Shown: piece after piece, positions 18,046 to 27,947 of the stretch
Position numbering within the stretch: position 1 is the first letter of the stretch
Layout: every line of letters begins with the position of its first letter
Origin: a virus
Taxonomy: Duplodnaviria; Heunggongvirae; Uroviricota; Caudoviricetes
Reading direction: 5' to 3' (one strand)
DNA length: 42,935 nt
Virus record (IMG/VR): IMGVR_UViG_2529292907_000021
Notes under the pieces: model-generated
Told to the model about the DNA's origin: nothing
What the model saw: only the letters and a program-made list of their open reading frames with translations
The model's database searches: none
Made by a program: the position numbers and the translations under genes

Positions 18046-19402
18046 CTTCAATATCCTTGTCGGTGATAGAGCCGCCGATGCCGATGATGTCGGACAGGTT
18101 GCGGAGGTCGTTAAGCGCAGCGTGTTGAGGCATACCAATATCGCGTACGGCGGTCGCCAGGGCGGTGGCCACGTTACTCGCCATCGTCGCCCGGTCGGTG
18201 TCCGACATCTCCCAGAGCTTGTTGAACTCGAAGGTGAAGTCTTCCGGTAGTGGTTGGCCGAACAGTGATCGCCATGTGATATCCAGCAGCCAGCGGATGT
18301 GGCGGCGCAGGCGGCGTTCCTGTAGCGAGTTAACGCGGCTGTAGTAGTTCTCTAGGTCACCGTCACCAGTGCTGAATCCAGATGGCGATTGCCCGAACAG
18401 GCGTACCAGCGGGATACCGGTTGCTCCGGACACCTGCTCAGCAAAGCGCAGGATGACGTCGGCTATCCCCGCGAACGAGTAGCTGTGGGTCTGGAATTCA
18501 TCGTTTTTATCCATCAGGGTCATGCCCTCGATGGTCTGAAATTCACGGATCATGTCCATATGCTTCATCAACCCCTCATGCATGGGGTTGCCAGGGCCGA
18601 GCGCAAGAATTTTGCGCAGCCCCTCAATGCTGTATGTACGAAGGTGAGCTTTGTGGATCAGCTGCGTGGTACCGACGGTCGCCGTATCGAAAGCCTGAAT
18701 GCGCTCGAAGATACGCTCGACGACAGACATACCCCAGCCGTTCTCGGTCTGCGCCTGCTGGAACGGTAACGATTCACCCTCCATGCGGATAATGCGACTG
18801 TGGTGAATCTTCCAGGGTGGAATCCCCTGCTGGTTGGTCACCACCTTGTAATACTTCGGTTTGCCGAACTCCGGGCCATAATCGGTCACCAGATCGTAAT
18901 AGCTCGGGTTGACCTGCCATCGGTCGAGGCACATCACCCCTTTAAACTGACCCTCTTTGATGCGGTCGAGCTTAAGCGGGGTGGACATGTCCTGCCCTTC
19001 CAGCAGCACCACCAGCAACGCGCCGCCATAAAGCCTTGACCACTTCAGGGTATCGTTGAGGCCGTCCCAGATCGCGATATCGTCCCAGAAGGTTTCGAAC
19101 TTACCTTTCTGGCCCGGCTTTAATTTCGAGCTGATGTTAATGCCCTTACGGGTCATGTCATCAGCCATCGCGTCTACGCCAGCACCCACCAGAAACGATG
19201 ACCGGTAGGCGAATTCCAGTTGTACACGGTTGCGCGAGATATAGCCTGGCTGGTAACTCCCGCCGCTCTGGATATTGGCAGTGTAACCACCAAGTTTGGC
19301 AGCGAAATTGTTATACCCGTCAGCAGTCGCAACGGGCTTTTTAGCGCCGTTATGGCGGTTCTTGCGGGACATAATTAACCTCTTTGACCAAGTGCGGCCC
19401 AC
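17888..19402 (-). CDS. Portal protein
   Basis: 504-aa ORF immediately downstream of the terminase large subunit and upstream of the MuF-like gene; acidic C-terminal tail. Confidence 0.6.
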   Translation of the reverse strand: MGRTWSKRLIMSRKNRHNGAKKPVATADGYNNFAAKLGGYTANIQSGGSYQPGYISRNRVQLEFAYRSSFLVGAGVDAMADDMTRKGINISSKLKPGQKGKFETFWDDIAIWDGLNDTLKWSRLYGGALLVVLLEGQDMSTPLKLDRIKEGQFKGVMCLDRWQVNPSYYDLVTDYGPEFGKPKYYKVVTNQQGIPPWKIHHSRIIRMEGESLPFQQAQTENGWGMSVVERIFERIQAFDTATVGTTQLIHKAHLRTYSIEGLRKILALGPGNPMHEGLMKHMDMIREFQTIEGMTLMDKNDEFQTHSYSFAGIADVILRFAEQVSGATGIPLVRLFGQSPSGFSTGDGDLENYYSRVNSLQERRLRRHIRWLLDITWRSLFGQPLPEDFTFEFNKLWEMSDTDRATMASNVATALATAVRDIGMPQHAALNDLRNLSDIIGIGGSITDKDIEDAKAEWEEAESETEPPPQIGAPVSEKPTGDSASVRRDSNWFLRWFGSERRAG

Positions 19403-20583
19403 GATCCAAGTCCGTCAGCGCTTGTGATGTATCCATCAAGCGAATAGCGCACGGCGTCCCAAAGGTGGTTGTGCTTATCCACGACAACCGGTAGCACTTC
19501 GCCGGTCATGCGGTCTGTTTTATAGGAGTAGAGGCGCGCCTCATCGACCATGTGCTTGCAGCGCTCATGGATAATGATCTCTTCAAACCCTTTCAGGTAT
19601 GTGATTCCGTCCTCAACGCTGCCAGGCCACTTCGTAGCCCCGTCGATAACGAAGCCCTGACGTGACAAGTAGCTGATTGTTTCAGGTCGGCTGCAGTCAC
19701 CGTGGATGGGCCACTTTCTGGACTCCGGGATAGAGTCATAGAACGAAGCCATTTCATCTAGTTCGACGCCAACACCGTAGGCCTCGTACTCGATATAAAG
19801 CCTGGTGCCAATGATGAAGCAGCGAACCAGTGTTGACGGGTCATTAGCAAAACCGAAGTCAGCGCCATAGAACAAACGATCGGCACTTTGCCACAAGTCG
19901 TCAGCGAACGCTTCAACCCGGTACTTGCCGGAGAAAATGACAGCTTCACTGAGCGCTTTCGGCAGGCCAAGCCAGATATGTTCGTAGGCTTCGAAGTCGA
20001 TACGCTTGCAGTACTCCATCTCGTGCCGGAGCACGTCAGGAAAGAAGGCGTTATCAACGTAATTGACGCAGGTGATGATTGCGCCGCCATCAGGGGGATC
20101 AGCGCGGTGCCGTTCCATCATGGCGTAGGTCGGGTCGGTAGCCTCACGCGGGTTGAATGACACCCACACTTCCGATTTATTGGCGCGAACGGTCGGGCCA
20201 AGGATATCCCAACTATCCTGCGATACAGTCTGCGCCTCTTCCACCCAGCATATTTTGATGCCGTGCATCGACTTAATGCTCTGGATGTTGTTACGTAGGC
20301 CTTTGAAGGTAAAGCGCGTGCCGTTGCTGCCCTCTATCTCGTTATTCTTGACCTTGTAGAAGTGCGCTAGGCCAAGCGAGTGGATCTCCGCATCCAGTAG
20401 CGCAAGTACCGAATCGTTGATGGAGTTCTGGAACTCACGAGCGCAGAGGATGATCATCGGCTCGATAGCGCCCAACAATACCAGCGCGCGGGCAATCTCT
20501 ACCGACTTGCCACCACCGCGACCGCCATACGTCCAGCGCCAGCGAACAGAGCCTATCGGTGCGTCGTACAGCGTACACATCAC
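19375..20583 (-). CDS. Terminase large subunit
   Basis: N-terminal Walker A-like motif (YGGRGGGKS) followed by a nuclease-type C-terminal region; 402 aa; precedes the portal gene. Confidence 0.7.
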   Translation of the reverse strand: MMCTLYDAPIGSVRWRWTYGGRGGGKSVEIARALVLLGAIEPMIILCAREFQNSINDSVLALLDAEIHSLGLAHFYKVKNNEIEGSNGTRFTFKGLRNNIQSIKSMHGIKICWVEEAQTVSQDSWDILGPTVRANKSEVWVSFNPREATDPTYAMMERHRADPPDGGAIITCVNYVDNAFFPDVLRHEMEYCKRIDFEAYEHIWLGLPKALSEAVIFSGKYRVEAFADDLWQSADRLFYGADFGFANDPSTLVRCFIIGTRLYIEYEAYGVGVELDEMASFYDSIPESRKWPIHGDCSRPETISYLSRQGFVIDGATKWPGSVEDGITYLKGFEEIIIHERCKHMVDEARLYSYKTDRMTGEVLPVVVDKHNHLWDAVRYSLDGYITSADGLGSWAALGQRG

Positions 20584-20618
20584 CCAGTCGCTACTGAATG
20601 AATAGAGAACACCATCAA

Positions 20619-21326
20619 TTATTGTTGGGCTGTCTGCTTTCCCTCGCGCAGTTTATCCATGTGCGCCGCCCACGCTTCAGGCGGGCAGTTCGACGGCGTG
20701 ACGATGCAGACCTTTCCGTAGCTCAGCCCAGCCAGATCGACATTCACTTCCGTTTTATTGCTCATGTCGATGCCGGTGAGCTGCGCAGCGTTCTTGATGT
20801 TCGGGGCCACCTGCCCAAATTTCTTTTCTTGCAGCGCTTCTTTCGCCGATTTGTAGGAAAGCTCAGCCAGGTCTTTCGCATCGAATGAGACGAGCAGCGC
20901 GGCATCCTGACGTAGTTCTCTGATGCGCCTGCGCACATCCGGGCGTTTGAACAGGATGGAAGCCTGTGAGTCAGCTCGCGACGGTGAGTAGCCAGCGCAT
21001 ATCGCCGCCTCTTTCTGCGGCATGCCTCGCGCAATGTTCTGCGCAAACTGCTCATGCTGTGGTTTAAGGATGCCCGCGCTTTCCTGCGCAGTCTCGCCGT
21101 CAGTCGGTGAAAAAGCCTCAACCACAACTACGTGTGGCATCTGGCTTTGCGAAGTTTTGCGCACTTCCTTCTGCGCAGTTTTTTGCGCAGCTGGTTTTTT
21201 AATGTACCTGCGCGCAGATGTGTAATTCAGTCCCTGTGCTTCGCACCACTCTTTCGGTGATATACCCGTTTTGGCATGCTCGGCGAGGAACTGGTCTTGC
21301 AGCGCTCCCCAGTCCGGTTTTGCCAT
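20619..21326 (-). CDS. Terminase small subunit (DNA-binding)
   Basis: 235-aa ORF directly upstream of the large subunit; N-terminal HTH-like segment ([22 protein letters not shown]) and basic regions. Confidence 0.55.
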   Translation of the reverse strand: MAKPDWGALQDQFLAEHAKTGISPKEWCEAQGLNYTSARRYIKKPAAQKTAQKEVRKTSQSQMPHVVVVEAFSPTDGETAQESAGILKPQHEQFAQNIARGMPQKEAAICAGYSPSRADSQASILFKRPDVRRRIRELRQDAALLVSFDAKDLAELSYKSAKEALQEKKFGQVAPNIKNAAQLTGIDMSNKTEVNVDLAGLSYGKVCIVTPSNCPPEAWAAHMDKLREGKQTAQQ

Positions 21327-21349
21327 GATTATGTCCTATGGTTAAAGCC

Positions 21350-21380
21350 ATTAAAAAAGCCACTCGAAAGTGGCCTTTGT
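21350..21380 (-). terminator. Intrinsic terminator on the minus strand just upstream of the terminase small subunit gene
   Basis: Minus-strand hairpin AAGGCCACTTTCGAGTGGCTT followed by TTTTTTAAT. Confidence 0.5.
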
Positions 21381-21646
21381 GATGGCAATTTTTGCTTCAA
21401 ACGTGGCTATTCATTTGGATACCCCGACTTTATGCTGACCATCACAATTGGCCTACCACGCTTTGTTATGCGTCGGTCTGGTTCTTGCCTTTGATGATGG
21501 AGAGACATAATTTCTGTTGAAGTGGAGCCAGCACATCGAAAACAAGCTGCTGCTCTGCAGGGAGCTTTTTCGATGCCATAGGTACCTTCCTCTTACAAAG
21601 GTTCGTGCTATATTAGAAATCAACAACTTGATTTAAAGGAACAGAT

Positions 21647-22030
21647 ATGGAACAGAAGCCTGCTATATATATCGGACGTGCCCGCTCTGCGATTGTAGAA
21701 GACAATGATATTTACGGTTGCGAGAGGGGTATACACATAGAGGAAGCAATAACTGCATCAGTCAAACGCAACAAAATATTATCATCTGAAGCGCTTTCTC
21801 ATATCGACAAAATCAGGAGCATTCTTTTAGACAACGCTGCCACACTTGAGCGAGAAATTGGAACTGAAAACAAAGATAAGGTTCTTTCGGCGGTCAATGA
21901 ATTACCTAATAGCAGAGACTCCGAAGCTCTTGATAAGTTATTAACAATTTCAAGCCTATGTTCGAACGCAGTCACTATCTGGCCTGTTATAAAACCGATT
22001 GTTATTAGCTTAATCGGAGCTGTTGGTTAG
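21647..22030 (+). CDS. Opposite-strand moron protein, unknown function (127 aa)
   Basis: Plus-strand ORF with AAAGGAA RBS 6 nt before the ATG, visibly AT-rich, inserted between the lysis cassette and the terminase genes, both on the minus strand. Confidence 0.5.
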   Translation: MEQKPAIYIGRARSAIVEDNDIYGCERGIHIEEAITASVKRNKILSSEALSHIDKIRSILLDNAATLEREIGTENKDKVLSAVNELPNSRDSEALDKLLTISSLCSNAVTIWPVIKPIVISLIGAVG

Positions 22031-22138
22031 ACTTCCATCATAAAATGTATTTTCGATGCAAATCTAACCTCTTTGTTAGCATGCAAATATGTGCTCTGCG
22101 GGCAACATAAAACCGTTAAACTGAATAAGCTTTGAAAA

Positions 22139-22345
22139 TCATTCGCAATTTGACTGCCATGCTTTGTTGTACGCCAGCACATCACGTTTGGTCTGCTTGT
22201 CCATAACGTCAATGTCATGGTCGGTCAGGTAGATGGGCTTAACCCAGTCGCAAGCAGTATCAACGACAACCGGGACGCTTCCACGATTCCCGCAGCTCGC
22301 GATCAACATCGTCATCAGGCATATGGCTAACAGTCTGCTGTACAT
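22139..22345 (-). CDS. Outer-membrane spanin Rz1-like lipoprotein (o-spanin), overlapping the i-spanin gene
   Basis: 68-aa ORF in a different frame overlapping the 3' end of the Rz-like gene; N-terminus MYSRLLAICLMTMLIASC contains a lipobox (IASC). Confidence 0.5.
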   Translation of the reverse strand: MYSRLLAICLMTMLIASCGNRGSVPVVVDTACDWVKPIYLTDHDIDVMDKQTKRDVLAYNKAWQSNCE

Positions 22346-22538
22346 TGCTGGCCTTTTTGGTTACTTCGACGCGGCGTTCTACGGCTGCCTTGGTGGCTGC
22401 GGCATTATCGTCGGTGCGCTGTTTATCTGATTTGGCTTCGGCTTTTTCGCGTCCACGCATGCTGCCCAGGCCAAACGCACCCAGCACAAGCATTACGATC
22501 AATCCGATTGCCGCCAGAATGGCTTTCAGTTTCGTCAT
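22260..22538 (-). CDS. Inner-membrane spanin Rz-like (i-spanin)
   Basis: 92-aa ORF immediately downstream of the endolysin; N-terminal TM helix followed by a charged helical region; overlapped by the lipoprotein ORF. Confidence 0.5.
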   Translation of the reverse strand: MTKLKAILAAIGLIVMLVLGAFGLGSMRGREKAEAKSDKQRTDDNAAATKAAVERRVEVTKKASNVQQTVSHMPDDDVDRELRESWKRPGCR

Positions 22539-23080
22539 AGGCTCACACGCTCCCGTACCCAGCCATACACGAATGACTTGTTAGCCGGGCGCTGCTCTGC
22601 CAGCTCGAGATAGCGCTGCCCTTGGCTGCAATTCAGTGCACGGAGCAATACTGATTCCCCTTCGCTCCCGCGTTTAGCCAGGAACGATTTCAGGGCGCTG
22701 ATGCTACGAGGGCCAATCTGGCCGTCGGCGATTAAGTCTGGGTAAAGTTTCTGCTGGTCGTTGAAGACATTCAGCCAACGCTGGAACCATTTCACCTGCA
22801 CTGATGGCCCCATGTTCACGCCGGTGTCGCAGAGTTCAGCGGCGATGGCCGGAGACACGGTAGCTACCTGGTCGAAGCGTGGACCATACCAGTAATCAGC
22901 CTCGAGTATTTCGAGTGCCTGCTGGCGTGTCAGGTTGCGCATATCACCGGTAAAGCCATGGGCGCGTGCCGTTGCCTGAGTGATTCCCCAGTTCGTCGGG
23001 CCGCCCTTGTCGTTCGGGTGATTAACGTATCCACCCTCTTTGCCGAGGATGCGGTTGAAGATATCGTCTTTGGTCATCAT
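22535..23080 (-). CDS. Endolysin, glycoside hydrolase family 108 with C-terminal peptidoglycan-binding domain
   Basis: N-terminal motif ILGKEGGYVNHPNDKGGPTNWGIT is the GH108 signature; followed by a PG-binding-like domain; located between holin-like and spanin genes. Confidence 0.8.
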   Translation of the reverse strand: MMTKDDIFNRILGKEGGYVNHPNDKGGPTNWGITQATARAHGFTGDMRNLTRQQALEILEADYWYGPRFDQVATVSPAIAAELCDTGVNMGPSVQVKWFQRWLNVFNDQQKLYPDLIADGQIGPRSISALKSFLAKRGSEGESVLLRALNCSQGQRYLELAEQRPANKSFVYGWVRERVSL

Positions 23081-23352
23081 TCAGCCCTTACGACTTTTGC
23101 CAGATTGCCTTTGGCTCGCCACACAGCAATGCAGATAGCCAGGTTGAGGAACAACTCACCCGGGTCAACGTTGCTGTAATGGCCGAGAAGAATACGGAAA
23201 GCGGTGAAGCTTGCCGACAGGATCAGGAAGTAAGCCATCCAGGCATAACCCGGGCGGTGCCTGCGTCCTGTCTTACTGAAGAACATCAGACGAAACACGA
23301 TCGCCATGCAGATAATCGCGTTTGCATCCACGATGACGGAATGCCATGTCAT
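23077..23352 (-). CDS. Holin/antiholin-like small membrane protein
   Basis: 91-aa protein with 2-3 predicted TM helices, translationally coupled between the holin and endolysin genes. Confidence 0.45.
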   Translation of the reverse strand: MTWHSVIVDANAIICMAIVFRLMFFSKTGRRHRPGYAWMAYFLILSASFTAFRILLGHYSNVDPGELFLNLAICIAVWRAKGNLAKVVRAE

Positions 23353-23747
23353 TTCCCTTCCTCCTCCAGCCCGGGCATCTTGCCGTTGCGCGACTTGGCA
23401 ACAACTCGAAGCAGGACTGCGACGGAAACGGAAGCAGCTACAAGCGCACCAACATTCGGTGACACTTCGATACTGACCGGCGGCTGTAACAGGCCAAGGG
23501 CCGTATTAATGACCCCGGCGATAATCTTGGCCATGGGAACGGAGAAGAACACGCCCCCCATGAATGAGATGACCGCGAAGAGCATCTGCTTCCATAGTTG
23601 ATGAGGCTCTGAGGTCAGCACATACATTGCCGCCCCGGCCAGCGCACATAACATTACGCCAGGTGTCGCCTCCGGGAACATAGTGGCGAAAGTGATCCCT
23701 ACCGTAGCGGAGGTCACCCCACTGGCAATTGTGATTGGCTCAGACAT
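23349..23747 (-). CDS. Holin-like membrane protein
   Basis: 132-aa protein with multiple hydrophobic helices and a charged C-terminus; first gene of the lysis cassette. Confidence 0.5.
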   Translation of the reverse strand: MSEPITIASGVTSATVGITFATMFPEATPGVMLCALAGAAMYVLTSEPHQLWKQMLFAVISFMGGVFFSVPMAKIIAGVINTALGLLQPPVSIEVSPNVGALVAASVSVAVLLRVVAKSRNGKMPGLEEEGK

Positions 23748-24004
23748 AGTTATTCCGTGTGTAGAGGGTCAGGCTTCACGAGCAGGATTTATCAACAAAG
23801 CACGTAGTGATTGATTCCCGTGAGCCTGAAATGAAAAACCAGCGATAGACTGGTAAAATGAATGGGTAGCAATATATGAATTTATTCCGAAGATATTATC
23901 TTCGGTATAGCCTAAATTTTAAAAGTACTGGATGAGATGGTATTTAGAAAAAAATCATTTAAAATCATACACGCTGATGTTTTTATAATTTATAAGGAGA
24001 GTGT

Positions 24005-24295
24005 ATGAGTAGCATGCTTGACCCACAGCAATACAATAAAGACATGCGAGAAAAGCAAATTGACCTCATGCTTACTGCGATGGGGCCAACGAATGAGAAG
24101 TCGGCTTTTCTTATGGCTTTAATGATTAAACACTCTGATGATCCGGTAGCAACTATCAACGAGATTGGCGATTGCATCAATGCGGTCTACGCAGCTGGCG
24201 AGAACACCGACACTTCCGCGGGTTCAACGTTCAGCGAAATGAAGATCATGTACGGCAGCGCCGTGAGCATTTACCACAAAATTAAAGATATTTAG
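24005..24295 (+). CDS. Opposite-strand moron protein, unknown function (96 aa)
   Basis: Plus-strand ORF with AAGGAG RBS and a TATAAT element just upstream, followed by its own terminator; AT-rich; lies between the Q-like gene and the holin gene. Confidence 0.5.
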   Translation: MSSMLDPQQYNKDMREKQIDLMLTAMGPTNEKSAFLMALMIKHSDDPVATINEIGDCINAVYAAGENTDTSAGSTFSEMKIMYGSAVSIYHKIKDI

Positions 24296-24301
24296 CAAAG
24301 T

Positions 24302-24328
24302 AAACCCCGCATCATCGCGGGGTTTTTA
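24302..24328 (+). terminator. Intrinsic terminator of the 24005..24295 moron
   Basis: Hairpin AAACCCCGC-ATCAT-CGCGGGGTTT followed by a T-run. Confidence 0.6.
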
Positions 24329-24340
24329 AAGGTACTGTTA

Positions 24341-24372
24341 AATAAAAAGCCCAAGGCGTTCCTCGGGCTTGA
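24341..24372 (-). terminator. tR'-like intrinsic terminator on the minus strand downstream of the Q-like gene
   Basis: Minus-strand hairpin AAGCCCGAGG-AACG-CCTTGGGCTT followed by TTTTATTT, ~70 bp downstream of the Q-like stop. Confidence 0.4.
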
Positions 24373-24438
24373 AAACTTATTTACTGCCAGCGCATACAAC
24401 AATGGCACAATATCAGATTTACACGAAATATATGCTAA

Positions 24439-25128
24439 TTAGTTCATTTCTGCAATACCTTGCTGATAATTTGCTGCCTTTTGTTGTGAACGTGATCGCG
24501 AAATATGATGTAGCGACTGGGAATCGAGTCCCTTATACAGGCTGATCATCGCATCGTAATGTTCCACGTAATTCTGAGACCAGTTTGTTTTGTTAACGCC
24601 CACCAGCGTAGCGAGATCACCATAATGATACGGATCCTTCCCGGATAACTCGCCTTTCACATCCTGCGCCGCCAACCATATCAACTGCCGTAAACGGTCA
24701 ATGGTCTTCTTCGCCACCTTTTTTCCGGCCAGATGCTCGCAGAATTTCGACCACGCCCACTGAGTAATCAACACCTGATTATCCCAGCGCACATTCTCGC
24801 TGTAGTTCCATAGCAGCCAGGCCTTCTGGTGTTCTTCGAGCGTCATCAGTGCACGGCGCCACGATGAGGTGGAGTATTCCACCGGCTGCACCAGTGGAAT
24901 ATGCGCCCCCTTGGCATGCGACTGTTTGCCCGGTATTGGTGGATTATCCAACGTAATCATTTTCCCGGTTACCTCATCCATTACGCGAGGCTTCTTCCTC
25001 TTAAAGGTGCCAGTATCGAACTGCGCATTCTCCAGCCAGGCCATTAACTGCCCTTTCGTCGCACCACTTAAATCAGCGGTGGCCACCATCAGCTGCTGGC
25101 GCACGTATTCGAGAAATTGAGTATTCAT
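24439..25128 (-). CDS. Late-gene antiterminator Q-like protein
   Basis: 229-aa ORF between NinG and the lysis cassette, followed by a promoter/terminator-like region; assignment is mainly positional. Confidence 0.45.
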   Translation of the reverse strand: MNTQFLEYVRQQLMVATADLSGATKGQLMAWLENAQFDTGTFKRKKPRVMDEVTGKMITLDNPPIPGKQSHAKGAHIPLVQPVEYSTSSWRRALMTLEEHQKAWLLWNYSENVRWDNQVLITQWAWSKFCEHLAGKKVAKKTIDRLRQLIWLAAQDVKGELSGKDPYHYGDLATLVGVNKTNWSQNYVEHYDAMISLYKGLDSQSLHHISRSRSQQKAANYQQGIAEMN

Positions 25129-25262
25129 ACAGCACCGCCTATGGTTTTGATGTAGTTCTTCAGTATTCGGTAGTCCGTCAGTACAGAGCCGGGAAAGTGG
25201 TATAAGCGCAATCGTTGCCAGCGAACGCGGAGGTGATCGGCAAAGTAGGTTTCGAAAGTCAT
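25125..25262 (-). CDS. Small hypothetical nin-region protein (45 aa)
   Basis: Start ATG overlaps the NinG stop (ATGA) and the stop overlaps the Q-like start (ATGA), implying translational coupling. Confidence 0.3.
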   Translation of the reverse strand: MTFETYFADHLRVRWQRLRLYHFPGSVLTDYRILKNYIKTIGGAV

Positions 25263-25882
25263 GCAGCCTCCTGTTTCTTCAGTGCGCGTAGGTCGGCCAG
25301 CGCGGTAAGCCTGATTTCCTTCAGCTCTTCGACTGTCCAACGGTGTGGAGTGTTATCGTTCTCGAGCGCCAGCACAGGCTCTTCGCCGTAACGTTCCACC
25401 AGCGCAGCTCGGTATGCTTCAATATTCCCGGATTTGTAGACGTTGCAGACATCACACTGAAGATGGATGTTGAAGCGAGTAAAGCGCAGATGCCCAGCTG
25501 CTGCCGTAGTTCGATAATGGCCAGCATGCCAGGCGAACGCCGTTTTAGTTCCACAGGAAATGCAGCCCCGCCCCTCTGCCAACTCATTCTCGCGACAGAT
25601 GTCGTTGACGGCTCGCTGAGTCAGGTCAACCCAATGCTTCAGTGGTTTTGCAGCAGCTTTGCGCTGGCGCCAGGCAGCCCGCTCTTTCTTCTCAGTAGCA
25701 CGCTGTTTGGCAGACTCTTTGCGCTGAGCATCTTCACGGGCTTTTCTGGTCTGCTCTTTCCCGACTGCGCTGGCGCACTCATAACCGCAGACGGTCTGCG
25801 TGTCTCGCACAGGATGAAACCACTGGCGGCATTCTTTGTTGGCGCACTTACGGCGCGGTAACTTAGCCATGCTCAACCCCAC
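25259..25882 (-). CDS. NinG/Rap-like recombination-associated protein
   Basis: 207-aa protein with multiple Cys clusters (CANKECRQW...CGYEC...CISCG...CDVC) and a basic N-terminal half, in the nin region upstream of Q; resembles lambda NinG. Confidence 0.6.
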   Translation of the reverse strand: MGLSMAKLPRRKCANKECRQWFHPVRDTQTVCGYECASAVGKEQTRKAREDAQRKESAKQRATEKKERAAWRQRKAAAKPLKHWVDLTQRAVNDICRENELAEGRGCISCGTKTAFAWHAGHYRTTAAAGHLRFTRFNIHLQCDVCNVYKSGNIEAYRAALVERYGEEPVLALENDNTPHRWTVEELKEIRLTALADLRALKKQEAA

Positions 25883-26082
25883 GCCCTGTTTTGCCAGACA
25901 CGGCTCGGGCGCGGCGCTTTCTCGCTTTCGGGCAGTTGCACGCTGACAGTCCAGGTGATGTTGTCGCGATTAAGGCTGCGCTCTACCGTGGCGCCACGGC
26001 GGCAGTAACTGGCCACCAGGTCGTCGGCCTGCTCGGTTGTGCATTCGTGATGGTGAAACCAGGAATATTTCATCGCCATCAC
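25873..26082 (-). CDS. Small hypothetical nin-region protein
   Basis: 69-aa ORF tightly packed between the NinB-like and NinG-like genes. Confidence 0.3.
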   Translation of the reverse strand: MMAMKYSWFHHHECTTEQADDLVASYCRRGATVERSLNRDNITWTVSVQLPESEKAPRPSRVWQNRAWG

Positions 26083-26678
26083 CCCGCGAAGCTCATGAGC
26101 TGCGATGCAGCGTTTTCCGCTTCACGCTGGTCCTTGAATGTCCGGGACAATACCCAGCGCCACAGAACATCGAGCGCGGCTTTGTACAGCTGCTGGAACT
26201 CGGTTTCGTCCATGTTGGAAAAGGCGATACTGCGAGGGTGTTTGCGAAGGGTGCCGTCAGGAAGCTGTATGGCGTCGTAGTGGCCAGACTCGATGATCAC
26301 CCATGCACGGTATGCGTCATAGGATTTGCAGATGCTGATACTACCAGCGCGCTTATCAGCGATACGCTCAAGGTATTGCTCAGCAGCATCCAGGAGTGCG
26401 GCTTCACTTCCCGCGAATGAGGCAAGGAACTTGGCATAGCCGGTTACCAGCTTGCGTTCGTTGGAGGAGATCGCCCCGCCGGTAGGTTCCCAGTATTCGA
26501 AACCGAGATTGAGTAATGCGAAGAATCGGCGATGGAACGCCGGGTTGCGTACCTGCCGGAACTCAGCCACCAGCACGGCGCCGAGTTTGAATTTTGATTG
26601 CAGTAAATCGCTGGTCTCCGGCGTAGCGGGGATCAGGATTCCTGAGGACTGCTTGATTAGTTGTAGTTCGTGCGCCAT
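26079..26678 (-). CDS. Phage nin-region protein (DUF1367/NinB-like, tentative)
   Basis: 199-aa ORF in nin-region order; segment RNPAFHRRFFALLN loosely resembles the NinB motif RNRSLDQNRKLWACL. Confidence 0.4.
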   Translation of the reverse strand: MAHELQLIKQSSGILIPATPETSDLLQSKFKLGAVLVAEFRQVRNPAFHRRFFALLNLGFEYWEPTGGAISSNERKLVTGYAKFLASFAGSEAALLDAAEQYLERIADKRAGSISICKSYDAYRAWVIIESGHYDAIQLPDGTLRKHPRSIAFSNMDETEFQQLYKAALDVLWRWVLSRTFKDQREAENAASQLMSFAG

Positions 26679-26713
26679 GGTTTCTCTCCGTGGCGCATCA
26701 GGTTAACGGGTGC

Positions 26714-27013
26714 TCAATCCGTTGATATTATGATATCAGAGGGTTGGGTGATGCGGTAGCCAAGTCGGCGAAGAAAACGAGTCCCAGATGAAAGGTTGAA
26801 GACCCCTTCATCCTCCAGTAATGGACGGCATGATACCAGGCCATTTCTGCTATAGACGAGATACTGACGATCCAGTGGCATTGAGGCCATAAGCCTTCCA
26901 TCTGAACGCCTGATAATGTCGTACCAATCGCCTTGCTCCTGACTTTCCTTCACAAAACCCCCTTCTTTGCTATCAACAAATTTCACTCTTCCAGCCGGGA
27001 TAATCCCGTCCAC
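26714..27013 (-). CDS. Hypothetical phage protein (99 aa)
   Basis: ORF in the early-right operon orientation; no recognisable motif. Confidence 0.35.
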   Translation of the reverse strand: MDGIIPAGRVKFVDSKEGGFVKESQEQGDWYDIIRRSDGRLMASMPLDRQYLVYSRNGLVSCRPLLEDEGVFNLSSGTRFLRRLGYRITQPSDIIISTD

Positions 27014-27449
27014 AGAACCAACATACCAAATGGCGCAAATTTCCTAATAGGTTGGCTGGAAGAAAAAATAAAAATATTTACTGCAACATCTTAACTATAC
27101 CCCAAAACAACTGTACATATAAACAGTATTCGTCTGTTTTGCTTAAGTATGCACATGAAATCCCTGTTTGCGCAAGGTCATTTATCCGATTGATTTAGAT
27201 AAATTTTATTGCTACTTTCGCGCAAAAATTGATCGTTATTTTTAACAGTTGACTACGTCAAAACTGTCGACTGTAAATATCTGATTGGAATGCTCTCGTC
27301 AGGTAAATGACAAAGGTGTAGATGTCGTCAGGGGACATATTTCACTGACAGCGAGGAAAGTCAGGTTGGTAATTTGTTGCTGCGCTGTGCTTATTTGATA
27401 ATCGATTTCATAGATCAATTTTACCAAATCGATCGGTATTATCGATCGA

Positions 27450-27704
27450 CTAATATTTGTAGCGTTTTTCCGGGAGAAGAGCGTATTCGTAGGTGAAGTT
27501 GAATGCCTCGTTTTCAGTGTTAAATCGGCGTTCTGAGATATCTCTCCAGTGCCCTACCCTGAAATACTTCTGAGCAACCCACTTTCCCTCGAACGGGAAC
27601 ACAGCGTAAGCGCCCACGTACTGATGATCAGCGTGCGGGTCGGGATATGACTCCCCCTCTACCAGAGAGTAAAACTTGATGCCGCTTATAATTATGCAGC
27701 TCAA
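27450..27704 (-). CDS. Hypothetical phage protein (84 aa)
   Basis: ORF abutting the upstream gene stop; no recognisable motif. Confidence 0.35.
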   Translation of the reverse strand: MSCIIISGIKFYSLVEGESYPDPHADHQYVGAYAVFPFEGKWVAQKYFRVGHWRDISERRFNTENEAFNFTYEYALLPEKRYKY

Positions 27705-27947
27705 TTATTTTTTCTCGTTCTGCGCGGCCAGATCCAGATAGCGCGGATCGGACGCTCTTGGCAACGTCATGCTCTGCTCGCGGTAGTTGAAGTATTCACG
27801 AAGATGCTCTGGTTTCTCACGCGCTACCTGCTCATCGATAACAGGCATGTTCATGCGCTCTTTGTACGCTACGCCACTGGCAGCTAGGTCGACGTTAACC
27901 TTGTCCTGCTCTTCTTTCGATTTTGCTGCGATGTTATGACCAGACAT
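27705..27947 (-). CDS. Hypothetical phage protein (80 aa)
   Basis: ORF preceded by an inverted repeat and a TATAAT element; acidic/basic helical character. Confidence 0.35.
   Translation of the reverse strand: MSGHNIAAKSKEEQDKVNVDLAASGVAYKERMNMPVIDEQVAREKPEHLREYFNYREQSMTLPRASDPRYLDLAAQNEKK

Noticed and set aside
17888-18138. N-terminal extension of the head morphogenesis ORF overlapping the portal gene by ~250 nt
   Set aside because: The extension ([21 protein letters not shown]...) is Ser/Thr/Cys-rich and overlaps the portal C-terminus in another frame; an internal ATG (18045) is the more plausible start, although a fused or frameshifted product cannot be excluded.
22345-22584. Plus-strand ORFs 22233..22430 and 22345..22584 in the spanin/endolysin region
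   Set aside because: Antisense to the Rz/Rz1 and endolysin genes; no RBS; composition typical of shadow ORFs.
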